Shown: one piece after another, positions 20,996 through 30,140 of the stretch
Layout of the letters: every line of letters begins with the position of its first letter
Position numbering within the stretch: position 1 is the stretch's first letter
Source of the DNA: an uncultured archaeon
Lineage (GTDB): Archaea; Thermoproteota; Nitrososphaeria; Nitrososphaerales; Gagatemarchaeaceae
Reading direction: 5' to 3'
Length of the DNA stretch: 64,000 bases
Assembly (NCBI GenBank): GCA_963817525.1
Contig: CAWFOU010000007.1
Span: forward strand, 544,001-608,000
Made by a program: the position numbers and the translations under genes
Notes under the pieces: model-generated
Databases searched by the model: none
Told to the model about the DNA's origin: nothing
What the model saw: only the letters and a program-made list of their open reading frames with translations

Positions 20996-21184
20996 TCTGC
21001 CGTGGGAGGGTCGCTGTCTAGTTCAGGATTGCGGTCATTCCTCTTCAATTCCAAATCGCCGGCCCGTGGTAGGCTTGGAAGGGAATACTCCGGAGGCTTG
21101 AAATCCACACCTTCAAGCGATTTGAACACCTCAGGACATAGGACGTCGTTGTCGCCCTTGTAGCCGATCTCGAGAGTGATTTTC

Positions 21185-21216
21185 CGCCATGCATAAGGGA
21201 TTCATTGCGCCTCCGC
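21185..21216 (-). repeat. Copy of the 23S processing-stem 3' arm
   Basis: cgccatgcataagggattcattgcgcctccgc. Confidence 0.8.
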
Positions 21217-21244
21217 AGGCTTCGAGGTTCTTGCCCAGGGCAGG

Positions 21245-22474
21245 TCAACAGGTTCCCCCACCCCCATTGACGAGGGCGCTGTCCACGCTGCCCGGGCTGC
21301 TCGCTACGGGGAAGGCGATGAGAGCCCCGACAAAAGCCCCGTACTGGCCCCCTGCCGAAGGCGTCTGGAGCGATGCTCCATAGAGCGTCACCATGAGCTG
21401 GTTGGTGCTTGGGTCGAAAGCCACGAACTGGCCTTCTGCTGGGAGAGAGTACATGTTCACCAGCGCCCCCGTCGAGCCGTCATAGACCAGTACGTAGGGC
21501 CACGCCAGCGAGACCGCGGCGACTTCGTTCAGGGAGGGGATCACCACCATGTTGCTGAAGATGCCGCATTCGAGGGGGTTGACCTCGAACACGACGTTGC
21601 CGTTGGTGGCGTTGAGGGCGACGAGCTGGTCGCCAGAGACGTACGCCAAGCCCGCGGACGGATTCACCACGACCGTGGGAGCGGAGGAAGAGTGCAGTCG
21701 AAGAGTGGCTACCACCTCCCCGCTCGTCCCGTTCACCGCCGAGGCGATGGAGTCGCATGGGGTGTAGGTGCACCCGGCGGCAAAGACCATGCCCGTCTCC
21801 GGGTCCACCGCGATGCTGGTGATCGGATATCCGAGGGAGACGCTCACGACGACCGCCCCGGTCAGGACATCGACGCCTTCGAGTCTAGGCCCTAATGCGA
21901 TGCCGTAGATTACGTGGGTGGAGGAGTCCATTGCCAGCGGTCCATAAAGCTGTGCGGGGAGGACCCTTACGACCTCGTTCGTGATGCTGCCCGTCTTCCC
22001 GGGCTCGCCGTTCCCCGCCCCGCCCGAGCTGGCTACGCTCGTGTTGACCTCCGCGAGTCCTGCCGCCGTGATATTCGCAACCCCGACGTAGACGATGTTC
22101 GTGCTGGGGTCGATTGCGATTCCGTTGCTGGAATAGGGCAAGGTGGTGATGTACGGCCCCGAGAACGGGAGCAACTCAAAGGTGGTAAGGTTGTCCGAGA
22201 ACGGGCTCGCAACGTAGACCACGTTGTCGTTTGGGTTCACCGCGAAATACTCGGGCTGTCCACGGATGGTCGCATACCCGCTCTCGATGTCCGACGCATT
22301 GATCGGTACCCCAACGGTTAGCGTGGAGGTGACCGTCCTGTCAACGGTCGCGCTGGAGACAACGGTCGTTGTCGAGGTCGCGAATTTTGTCTGCGAGCCG
22401 CCGGCTAGATACCCCACGCCCAAGCTCGCCACGACCAGAATCGCGATGACCGCCGCTGTTGCCTCCTTCCTCAT
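21245..22474 (-). CDS. YVTN/YncE-like beta-propeller surface protein
   Basis: Repeated AVNP/IDP..N.VYV blades; paralog of 28872-30056. Confidence 0.8.
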   Translation of the reverse strand: MRKEATAAVIAILVVASLGVGYLAGGSQTKFATSTTTVVSSATVDRTVTSTLTVGVPINASDIESGYATIRGQPEYFAVNPNDNVVYVASPFSDNLTTFELLPFSGPYITTLPYSSNGIAIDPSTNIVYVGVANITAAGLAEVNTSVASSGGAGNGEPGKTGSITNEVVRVLPAQLYGPLAMDSSTHVIYGIALGPRLEGVDVLTGAVVVSVSLGYPITSIAVDPETGMVFAAGCTYTPCDSIASAVNGTSGEVVATLRLHSSSAPTVVVNPSAGLAYVSGDQLVALNATNGNVVFEVNPLECGIFSNMVVIPSLNEVAAVSLAWPYVLVYDGSTGALVNMYSLPAEGQFVAFDPSTNQLMVTLYGASLQTPSAGGQYGAFVGALIAFPVASSPGSVDSALVNGGGGTC

Positions 22475-22540
22475 GGCTTCCTCAGGATTCGAGTGCGGTG
22501 GTGGCTATTGAACATGATAGAACAAACCTCAATGTGAGAA

Positions 22541-23680
22541 GTGATGAAGTTGCCGTACAAGGATGGGCGCACGAGGAGTCGCAGCAGACTTTTCTACAAG
22601 AACCGCATCGCTCCCTTCGGTTTGAGGTCTGCCGATACCTCCAAATCAGCACGAAGCCGCCTGAGGTGGGCTGCCTACATGGTGGTCGGCATGGTCTTAG
22701 TGGCCGCCCTTGCCGTCGGGGTCAATGCCTACCTCAAGACCAGCAGCATCTCCCTCTCCGTCGCGACCAATCAGTCAATCTCAGTCCAGGGGAGCCTGAT
22801 AACGCCGCCCGCTAGCCTCCCCGGCGCGCCGCCCATTCTGACCGCGGGGCCTATCGGCGCAAGGCTGACGGACATCAACGTCCCGCTCAACGCCACCGAG
22901 CTCGCCGTCATCAACGACGCCCCGGACTCCTATTTTGTGACCGCCGCCCAGAAGTATCTCAACGGCACCCTCGGCATGGCGGTCGGCATCCCGATCCGTC
23001 CCGCGCCGTCCTTCATCGTCAACGGAAAGCCGACCGTGATATACCTTGGCGCGATCTCGTGCCCGGACTGCGCGGAGAACCGCTGGGCGATGGCGCTCGC
23101 CCTGAGCAGGTTCGGCTCCTTCAATCAACTCTTCAAAGGCTACAGCTCGCTGGAGGACGGTGACGTCCCGACCCTCTACTGGGCGCCGGCCCAGTACAAC
23201 GCCACGCAGGGCGTCGATTTTGGGAACTTCTACACGAGCAAGTACGTCAACTTTCTCTCGATTGATTATGCCTCGCCGATAACGCAGGGATACACCATTC
23301 CGCCCCTAACCTACTTCCAACACGAGGCAGAGGCGCTGCGGAACCCCATCTACTCCGACGCGACGAACATCCTGATAGGGCTGAACGACTACGTCGGCAC
23401 CCCGGACACAGTCTGGGGTAGCTATAGCGTCCCCGGCGCGGATGCGATGGACTTTGGGGCCCCGCCCCCTCAACAATACTTCCTCGCGGCGCTTCCGATG
23501 GTCGCGTTCACCCACGACCAAATCCTGGCGATGTTGGCGAGCCCCCGCACCGACTTCGCTTGGACGGAGTACGCGGCGGCCGACTACTACGTCGCCCTGG
23601 TCTGCGCGAGCGGCGACGTCCCCGCCCCTGTATGCAGCCTCCCTTCGGTCTCGACCATGGTCTCCGAGATTCGGGCCTGA
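22541..23680 (+). CDS. DUF929-like thioredoxin-fold membrane protein
   Basis: GKPTVIYLGA.SCPDCAENRW..ALALSRFG. Confidence 0.75.
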   Translation: MMKLPYKDGRTRSRSRLFYKNRIAPFGLRSADTSKSARSRLRWAAYMVVGMVLVAALAVGVNAYLKTSSISLSVATNQSISVQGSLITPPASLPGAPPILTAGPIGARLTDINVPLNATELAVINDAPDSYFVTAAQKYLNGTLGMAVGIPIRPAPSFIVNGKPTVIYLGAISCPDCAENRWAMALALSRFGSFNQLFKGYSSLEDGDVPTLYWAPAQYNATQGVDFGNFYTSKYVNFLSIDYASPITQGYTIPPLTYFQHEAEALRNPIYSDATNILIGLNDYVGTPDTVWGSYSVPGADAMDFGAPPPQQYFLAALPMVAFTHDQILAMLASPRTDFAWTEYAAADYYVALVCASGDVPAPVCSLPSVSTMVSEIRA

Positions 23681-23967
23681 CCCGAAAAGTCCGAGGCCCA
23701 TCGTCGAACCCTGTAGACGCGGTCGTGGTGCTCGTGGTCCTCGAGAACCACGGTCTTTCTTGCCTCGTCTACTGAGAACAACAAGACATGGCTGCCGACG
23801 TGCACCCGCCTCTTGCCGGCGAGCGGGAAGCTGAGGGGCTTGTAGGCGTGGGGGTCGCGAGCTATCTCTTCGATCTTCTTCGCTATCGCTTCCATTCGTT
23901 TGGCGTCTTTCTTGGCCAGCTTCCTGAACGTCCTATCGAGGCGGTCCCTGATCTCTATGTCATACAT
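23587..23967 (-). CDS. RelE/ParE-family toxin with C-terminal extension
   Basis: PHAYKPL..PLAGKRRVHVGSHVL...HHDRVY. Confidence 0.8.
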   Translation of the reverse strand: MYDIEIRDRLDRTFRKLAKKDAKRMEAIAKKIEEIARDPHAYKPLSFPLAGKRRVHVGSHVLLFSVDEARKTVVLEDHEHHDRVYRVRRWASDFSGQARISETMVETEGRLHTGAGTSPLAQTRAT

Positions 23968-24210
23968 TCATTTCAGTCCGTATCTCTTCCGCAGCTCGGC
24001 GGTGCTTCCCACCCTGATTATGGGCTCCTTCTGAATTTCCATGAGCTTGCGGATGTATTCGGCACTGAACTCCGACTCCAAGACGATTTCCTTGTACTGC
24101 TTCGCCATCTTGTTGATTGCCTGGGACTTGTCCCTCAGCCCGTACTGCGCCTTTAGGAGATTGATGACCTTGTTGGCTTCCTCGTCAATCTCCACGATCG
24201 CCTTGACCAT
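23968..24210 (-). CDS. DUF2683-like antitoxin
   Basis: KVINLLKAQYGLRDKSQAIN; directly upstream of RelE gene. Confidence 0.75.
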   Translation of the reverse strand: MVKAIVEIDEEANKVINLLKAQYGLRDKSQAINKMAKQYKEIVLESEFSAEYIRKLMEIQKEPIIRVGSTAELRKRYGLK

Positions 24211-24278
24211 ATTAATATGATGTTAATACGCGAACTATTTAGCGGTTGTGCGTCGAGCGTGATCTACGCGGTGCGCAG

Positions 24279-24300
24279 AGGGTTAGTTGCGCCTCCGCCG
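24279..24300 (-). repeat. Copy of the 23S processing-stem 3' arm
   Basis: agggttagttgcgcctccgccg; same variant as 17888. Confidence 0.75.
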
Positions 24301-24303
24301 CTT

Positions 24304-24823
24304 CTACGGGGTCGCCGTGGTGGTGACGGTAGAAGTGACCACAGGCAGCGCGCTGAACGTGCAACTGGTCACGGTGACGGTTTGGGCGTAGCTGGTCGAG
24401 GTCGCAGTCACCGTGGTCGTGGAGGCCGGGGGCGCTGGCCCGACCGTGATCGTAGTGGTTTCTGTCGTAATGACCGGCATGTAGGTACAGTCGGTGGTCG
24501 GAATGGCGTAACTCGTCGTAGCCTGCGATGCTTGGGTCGTGAGGGTGGTCGTCACCGTGACGGTCGCGACCGCGGTATTCGACGAAATCCCTGCGCCGCC
24601 AGACGCGCTTGAGACTGAGGTCGGCGTTCCCTAGAGAATTCGACGACGATGTTGTTTGGACTGGGGGTCCAAACCCGCCAACATTTGACACAGTGGACCC
24701 GCAGATGGGGGGACAAGTGAACGTTTTCGTCGGCGTGCTAACAGCCTCTGTCTCCAAGATACCCGCGACGGCCACCCCGACGACAATCAGGACCGCGATT
24801 ACGGCAAGCGCGAGTCTGTTCAA
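24304..24823 (-). pseudogene. T-rich secreted protein, frameshifted near 24630
   Basis: Signal peptide and the SNTAVATV...TTTATP tail are in different frames; paralog at 49155. Confidence 0.65.
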
Positions 24824-24896
24824 GCATCGGCACTTGACTGAGCAGAGCTGTCAGAATCATAAATGGGTTTGTCCGAACGCCTTAGGCTCCGGTAAT

Positions 24897-24987
24897 TTGA
24901 GAAAATGCGGGCATTGTAGCCGTGCATAAGGGTCATTGCGCCTCCGCCGGGGCGCTTCTCTCTCATGTCGGCCGATGGTTAGGACGG
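24897..24987 (-). repeat. Long copy of the 23S 3' end, arm and downstream flank
   Basis: ttgagaaaatgcgggc...gccgtgcataagggtcattgcgcctccgccggggc aligns to 30122-30176; weaker match continues to about 30211. Confidence 0.85.
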
Positions 24988-25003
24988 AAAGGCGACCACG
25001 CCC

Positions 25004-26995
25004 TTGCCGATGTCGTGTTTATCTAGTGTAGACGGCCATTACCCCCGCTTGGCCAACCCCAGGGGATCGCCCGCTGCGAGGCGAGGCCTTGTGCTCGGGC
25101 TCCTCGTGATCGCCCAGTTCGTTGTCATCCTGGATTTCTCGATAGTCCAGATCGCCTTGCCCACGATACGGGGCCAGCTCCACATCTCGATAGCCGACAG
25201 TCAGTGGATCGTGAGCGCGTTCGGCATCACCATCGCAGGCCTCCTCCTGCTGAGCGCCCGCGCCGCCGACTCCTACGGGCGCCGAAGGGTCTTCAGCATC
25301 GGGCTCCTGATCTTCGCCCTCTCTTCTCTCTCCGGGGGACTGGCTCCCTCGGAGGTAGTCCTGCTCGTCTCGAGGGCGGTTCAGGGGGTGGGCGCTGCCA
25401 TGGCCTCGTCCACTGCGCTCTCCCTCCTGCAGATCAACTTCCCCGAAGGGCCCGAGAGGAACCGGGCCCTGAGCGTCTTCGCGGCTGTGTCGTCCGCAGG
25501 GTTCGCGGCAGGGGTGGTCCTGGGAGGCGCGCTGACGGCGGCCTTCGGGTGGAGGGCGGTCTTCTTCATCAACGTGCCCATCGGGCTGGTCGCTGCCTTC
25601 CTAGCGCCCAGGATAGTCGCGGAGAGCAAGGTGGAGGGAACGGGAAAGCACCTCGACCTTCCGGGGGCCTTGGCCGTCACGGCTGGTCTGGCCCTCCTCG
25701 TCTACGCCCTCACCGAGGCTGCGAACACGGGCCTCCTCTCCTCTGGGAGCCTGATCCCGCTGGGTCTCTCCGCATTCGCGCTCGTCGCCTTCCTCCTCGT
25801 CGAGCGCCGCTCCAAAGCGCCCTTGCTCCCTCTCTCCTTCCTGCGCCGCAGGGCGGTGCTCGGTGCGAACGTCCTCGCCCTGGTGCGGACCGCCGCCCAG
25901 GTGCCCATCGTGTTCCTTCTCACGATCTATCTCCAGCAGGTGCGGGGCTACTCGGCGCTCGACGCGGGGCTGGCCTTCGTGCCTCAGGCCTTGGTCTTCA
26001 TGTTCGCCGGTGGCTACCTCGCGAGCAGGCTGGTCCTCCGGTTTGGGACGCGTCCCGTGCTCATGGCTGGGATGGCGATAATGGCCCTCGGGTCTCTCAC
26101 CCTCTTGAGGCTGACAGTCGACACCTCCTTCCTTCTCGGCCTCCTCCCCTCGATGCTCCTCGTCGCGTTCGGCGGGGCCATCTCTTTCACGGCCGTAAGC
26201 ATGGTCGCGCTGGCGGGAGCGTCCCCCGGCGAGGCGGGGCTCGCCTCGGGTCTTGTGAACACGTCGACCCAGGTCGGCGGGCCGATAGGCCTGGCCGTCG
26301 CGGTGACAATAGCCGGAGCGGCGGGCTCGGCGACCGAATCCGCGCTCGTCACTGGGTTCGGGTACGCGTTCCTGGGAGGCGCAGTGCTCTCCGCACTCGG
26401 AGTACTCGTCGCCGCCTCCATGGGACACCCAAGGGCGGTCGTCGCCCCGAGCGAAACGGCGCGTTTGCGGGCGCACGAGCCAATCGTCTCGACGATGCCC
26501 CCGCCGTCCCAGCACACCCCCGCCGCGGCCCCTCTCCACCCCAGCACGCTCAGGAGGATCTTGGTCGCTGTGGACGGCTCCCAGAACGGGGAGCGGGCAG
26601 CGGCAACGGCAATCCAGCTCGCCAAGGACTACACGGCCGAGCTCATCGTCCTGCGCGTGGTCAAGACGCCTATCAGCTATCTCCCGGCAACCCCGACTGG
26701 GAGCGGCGGGCCCTCGGTCATCAGGGACTACTACGACCACGCCCAGAAGGATGCGAGCGAGTACGTCGACGGAGTGGTCGCGAGGGCGAGGGAAGAGGGA
26801 GTGGAGGCGAGGGGCGAGGCGGTCAGGACAACGGTGTCGCCCGCCGGCGCCATCGTTGGGAGGGCGAGGTCGGAGCACGCCGACCTGATAATCATTGGGT
26901 CCAGAGGCCTCGACAGGCCGCGCAGGCTCCTCCTTGGGAGCGTGTCCGCTGGCGTGGCAGCGAACCCCAAGATAGCCACACTGGTGGTAAAGTAG
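25004..26995 (+). CDS. DHA2-type MFS transporter fused to a universal stress protein domain
   Basis: DFSIVQIALP, DSYGRRR, WRAVFFINVPIG; then RILVAVDGS and GSRG...LLGSVS. Confidence 0.85.
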   Translation: MPMSCLSSVDGHYPRLANPRGSPAARRGLVLGLLVIAQFVVILDFSIVQIALPTIRGQLHISIADSQWIVSAFGITIAGLLLLSARAADSYGRRRVFSIGLLIFALSSLSGGLAPSEVVLLVSRAVQGVGAAMASSTALSLLQINFPEGPERNRALSVFAAVSSAGFAAGVVLGGALTAAFGWRAVFFINVPIGLVAAFLAPRIVAESKVEGTGKHLDLPGALAVTAGLALLVYALTEAANTGLLSSGSLIPLGLSAFALVAFLLVERRSKAPLLPLSFLRRRAVLGANVLALVRTAAQVPIVFLLTIYLQQVRGYSALDAGLAFVPQALVFMFAGGYLASRLVLRFGTRPVLMAGMAIMALGSLTLLRLTVDTSFLLGLLPSMLLVAFGGAISFTAVSMVALAGASPGEAGLASGLVNTSTQVGGPIGLAVAVTIAGAAGSATESALVTGFGYAFLGGAVLSALGVLVAASMGHPRAVVAPSETARLRAHEPIVSTMPPPSQHTPAAAPLHPSTLRRILVAVDGSQNGERAAATAIQLAKDYTAELIVLRVVKTPISYLPATPTGSGGPSVIRDYYDHAQKDASEYVDGVVARAREEGVEARGEAVRTTVSPAGAIVGRARSEHADLIIIGSRGLDRPRRLLLGSVSAGVAANPKIATLVVK

Positions 26996-27047
26996 GGTTC
27001 GTTGCGCCTCCGCCGGGGCGATTCATCTGCATGTTGGGCAATAGGTA
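26993..27047 (-). repeat. Copy of the 23S arm and 3' end; supplies the MFS stop codon
   Basis: tagggttcgttgcgcctccgccggggcgattcat...ataggta. Confidence 0.85.
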
Positions 27048-27084
27048 AGTGTTTTTACCGGATGTTATGCAGAACATCTGTACA

Positions 27085-27354
27085 ATGTCGGAGTCTGAAA
27101 AGAAATATCTGATCAACATAGATTTTCCGGAGCGCTCCCGAATTCACCTCAACCCGAATCTATTCCAACTGGACTCTCGGTGTCGGACAGGCAAAAAGAT
27201 TCCAAGCGACGGAGGAACGGTCTATGCTTCACAGGCGGAGGCCCAACGCTACTTAGCCCTAAAGGGGAGTCTGAGGTTCCGGGGAAGGGAAGTGACGAAT
27301 TTGCAGACCTGTAAGCTTTGCTCGAAGCTCCCCGAATATGGACTGAAAGTCTGA
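27085..27354 (+). CDS. Hypothetical protein, low GC
   Basis: Only ORF between two repeats; C-terminal CxxC. Confidence 0.55.
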   Translation: MSESEKKYLINIDFPERSRIHLNPNLFQLDSRCRTGKKIPSDGGTVYASQAEAQRYLALKGSLRFRGREVTNLQTCKLCSKLPEYGLKV

Positions 27355-27369
27355 TGATTCCTGAACAGG

Positions 27370-27429
27370 GGGTTCATTGCGCCTTCGCCCGGGCATTTCA
27401 CTCGTATGCTGCCTTAGGGTAGTGGACGG
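27370..27429 (-). repeat. Copy of the 23S arm and 3' end
   Basis: gggttcattgcgccttcgcccgggcatttca...ggtagtggacgg. Confidence 0.85.
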
Positions 27430-27448
27430 TCTACGTGGTCTTTCGTGC

Positions 27449-28123
27449 CTAATTGGACTTTTGAGAATTCGACCACTGTTCACAGATTGAATGAAGAAGA
27501 CTCAGAGCTTCGCTATCGCCTTCGACAGTCTTCCTTATTGTCCGGTAGTTGTTGCCGAACAAGAAAGGCACTTCCAGACACTTGATTCCTTTCATGTCGC
27601 ACCTCTCCTTGAATGCGTTCCGCTGATTCGTTAATCCGTCACGATTAGAACCAGATAAGAGAATCAGTTCGACCCTCTTCATCGCATCGCTGCTCAAGAG
27701 TCGCTCAAAATGAGATTGGAATTCCTCATCAGGGAGACCCGTACGTATTTGCCGTTTCCCAGATCTTGGACTTGGTATCGACCTTGGAGACACATCCGCG
27801 AAAGCGATTGGTGAAGTTCGATATTTCCTGCATTGGTCCTTCAATTCTCTACTCGTCAAAACCTCAATCCCGTTGAGTTCTCCCACCAGTTTGTACGACA
27901 TGTTCCAGAATGAGGAACGTCTTTTCTTTTGGCTTCCGTCAAAGTTGTATCTCCCGACATCCTCACGAACTGGATTGGAGTCGTTCGGTTCTCTTCCCAT
28001 TATCAAAAACAAAGGGAAGGTGCTTTCCCCACTGTTCCCATAGAGCATTAGCAACGGGTGAAAAGTCAAATTTCGAACGGAACCTGGCACGGCACTCGCC
28101 AATGAATAAGCGTTGGTTCGCAT
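27449..28123 (-). CDS. Hypothetical protein, low GC
   Basis: 224-aa ORF in an AT-richer segment. Confidence 0.65.
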   Translation of the reverse strand: MRTNAYSLASAVPGSVRNLTFHPLLMLYGNSGESTFPLFLIMGREPNDSNPVREDVGRYNFDGSQKKRRSSFWNMSYKLVGELNGIEVLTSRELKDQCRKYRTSPIAFADVSPRSIPSPRSGKRQIRTGLPDEEFQSHFERLLSSDAMKRVELILLSGSNRDGLTNQRNAFKERCDMKGIKCLEVPFLFGNNYRTIRKTVEGDSEALSLLHSICEQWSNSQKSN

Positions 28124-28147
28124 CCAAGGAAGAATTTATCTATAACT

Positions 28148-28378
28148 ATGGCTATGGCCATGGCTGTTCCGGCGACAATGAGCACCACGATTCAAACGAG
28201 CAAGAGGACAGCCCAGCAGCTTCGCGAGATTATGAAGAAGACCGGGGCGAAGACGTACGACGAGATAATCAGGGAGCTGATCAAGGAGAGGGAGTCAAGC
28301 CCAAGCTCGCTCTTTGGGTCGAACCCCCACCTGAAGCCGTTCACCGCAAAGGAAGAGGCAGAGTTCCACGACCTCTGA
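28148..28378 (+). CDS. VapB-type antitoxin
   Basis: STTIQTS...KTYDEIIRELI; upstream of PIN gene. Confidence 0.75.
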   Translation: MAMAMAVPATMSTTIQTSKRTAQQLREIMKKTGAKTYDEIIRELIKERESSPSSLFGSNPHLKPFTAKEEAEFHDL

Positions 28379-28778
28379 ATACGTCATCGACAGCTACGCG
28401 TGGATCGAGTACTTCGCCGGGTCGGCGAAAGGCAAGTCCGCGACAAGATACATCGAGTCCAGCGGCCCGGCCACCCCGACCATCGTCATAGCCGAACTCA
28501 GCCGGAAACTGCTCAGGGAGACCCTTGCAGGCCGCGAGACTGCCGAGGGCAGATCGGAAAGACTCCTGTTCGTAAGGTCATCGACGGTGGTCATGGACCT
28601 GACCGATGGGATAGCGACCGTGGCAGGAGAGATAGACGCCGAGAGGAAGGAGAAGGTGAGGGATTGGGGCCTCGCCGACTCGATCGTGTTGGCCACCGCT
28701 CGGGAGTTGGGTGCTAAGGTCGTGACCGGAGACAAGCACTTCAAGGACCTTGGGGCAGAGGCCGTCTTTCTTGCATGA
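28368..28778 (+). CDS. vapC: VapC/PIN toxin with ACG at the expected start
   Basis: Open frame YVIDSYAWIEYF...GLADSIVLA...VTGDKHF. Confidence 0.75.
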   Translation, partial: TTSEYVIDSYAWIEYFAGSAKGKSATRYIESSGPATPTIVIAELSRKLLRETLAGRETAEGRSERLLFVRSSTVVMDLTDGIATVAGEIDAERKEKVRDWGLADSIVLATARELGAKVVTGDKHFKDLGAEAVFLA

Positions 28779-28782
28779 CTAG

Positions 28783-28822
28783 GCCGTGCATAGGGTTCAT
28801 TGCGCCTCCGCCGGGGCATTTC
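28783..28822 (-). repeat. Near-perfect copy of the 23S processing-stem 3' arm
   Basis: 39/40 identical to 30141-30180. Confidence 0.95.
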
Positions 28823-28871
28823 GCTTTCAAGAAGGTGGCGCCGGATTTCGCTTCGGCGGGCCGGTGAGTGG

Positions 28872-30056
28872 TCAGACGGGGAGGCAGGTTTGGCCAGCGC
28901 CTATCGTTGTGGCATTGACGTTGCCGAGGATGTTGGAATCTGGAAACGCCAAGAACTGGCCCGAAGATGTGGTCAGGTAGAGCTCGTGGCTGTCGGGATT
29001 GTACGCGACTGACTGAAGATAGGCGTTGGATTGCGACAAGCTCGAATAGGAATACATGTTGACGAGAGCGCCTGACGTCCCGTTGTAGACGAGCAGGTAA
29101 TCGTAGTTTTGTGGGACCATCAGCACCTGGTCGAGCGACGGGATGACGCCCATGTCGATGAAGGGGCCGCACGTCTCCGGATTGACCAGGAAGACTCTGG
29201 CCCCAGTCGTCCCGTTGAGGGCGACCAACTCGGATCCCCCCGAGGCGTACACGATGTTCGTCGGCACATCGTAGGTCATGGTGGAATAGTACGCGGAGCT
29301 CAGCGAGACGGTGGCCACGACTGCGCGGCTTGTCCCGTTCACTATGGAGACCATCGAGTCGCAGGCAAGGCCCTCTTGATGGCATCCTTCGGCGTAGATT
29401 ATGTTGGTCTCGGGATTCAACGCCAAGTTGTAGGGCGGGAATCCCAATGATACGTTCGCGACCACCGAGCCGGTCCGAACGTCCAGGCCGATGAGGCTAC
29501 CGTTAGCGCCAAACTGGCCGAAGAGGCCACCAGAGGTGTATACGGTGTCCGTCGATGGGTTGAACGCCAGCTCTCCGACGGAAGAGTTGAGGTGCAGCTC
29601 TCCGACGAGCACATTCGTGGAGCCGTTCACCTCTGCGATCCCGCCCTCGACTGAGACCAAGACCATTCCCGTGATCGGGTCGACGACGACTCCGGAGCTG
29701 CCAGAGGGCAGGGTGACGTTGGCAACCACGAAGTGCGACGAAGCGTCGATTACAATCAAGGAGGATCCGACTGCGTCGTATACTCTGCCCGCGCTAGGAT
29801 TGACTGCCAAGTAGCCCGGAACGCGACCGACGGTAAGATTCGCGGTTTCGATGGCTGAGACGGAGATCGGCTGCCCAGGCCCAGGCGCAAGGGTGGTTGT
29901 GGAAGTTATGGTCGACGTAATCGTTTCTTGAGCTGTTACGGTTGACGTCGAAGTGATGGTCACTGTCGAGGTCCGGCCGCCGCCCGCGAAGTAGCCCGCG
30001 CCCAAGCTGATTACCATCAAGAGGGCCACAGCGACTCCGAGCGCCTCTTTCCTCAT
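28872..30056 (-). CDS. YVTN/YncE-like beta-propeller surface protein
   Basis: Likely start MRKEALG by analogy with paralog MRKEATA. Confidence 0.8.
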   Translation of the reverse strand: MRKEALGVAVALLMVISLGAGYFAGGGRTSTVTITSTSTVTAQETITSTITSTTTLAPGPGQPISVSAIETANLTVGRVPGYLAVNPSAGRVYDAVGSSLIVIDASSHFVVANVTLPSGSSGVVVDPITGMVLVSVEGGIAEVNGSTNVLVGELHLNSSVGELAFNPSTDTVYTSGGLFGQFGANGSLIGLDVRTGSVVANVSLGFPPYNLALNPETNIIYAEGCHQEGLACDSMVSIVNGTSRAVVATVSLSSAYYSTMTYDVPTNIVYASGGSELVALNGTTGARVFLVNPETCGPFIDMGVIPSLDQVLMVPQNYDYLLVYNGTSGALVNMYSYSSLSQSNAYLQSVAYNPDSHELYLTTSSGQFLAFPDSNILGNVNATTIGAGQTCLPV

Positions 30057-30140
30057 AGTCTCTCTAGGAAATGGTCCGGCCTCAAAACCTCTTTGGAAAA
30101 TTGTTCCAGCCTCCGCTAGCATTGAGAAAATGCGGGCTTC

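Noticed and set aside
24620-24640. Programmed frameshifting or phase variation in the two T-rich genes
   Set aside because: No slippery or long homopolymer tract, and the shifts are at different positions; decay or sequencing error is simpler.
25204-27048. Long alternative-frame and antisense ORFs such as 614 aa here, 40933-42552 and 43002-44378
   Set aside because: Arg/Gly/Pro-rich shadow ORFs over well-supported genes in high-GC DNA.
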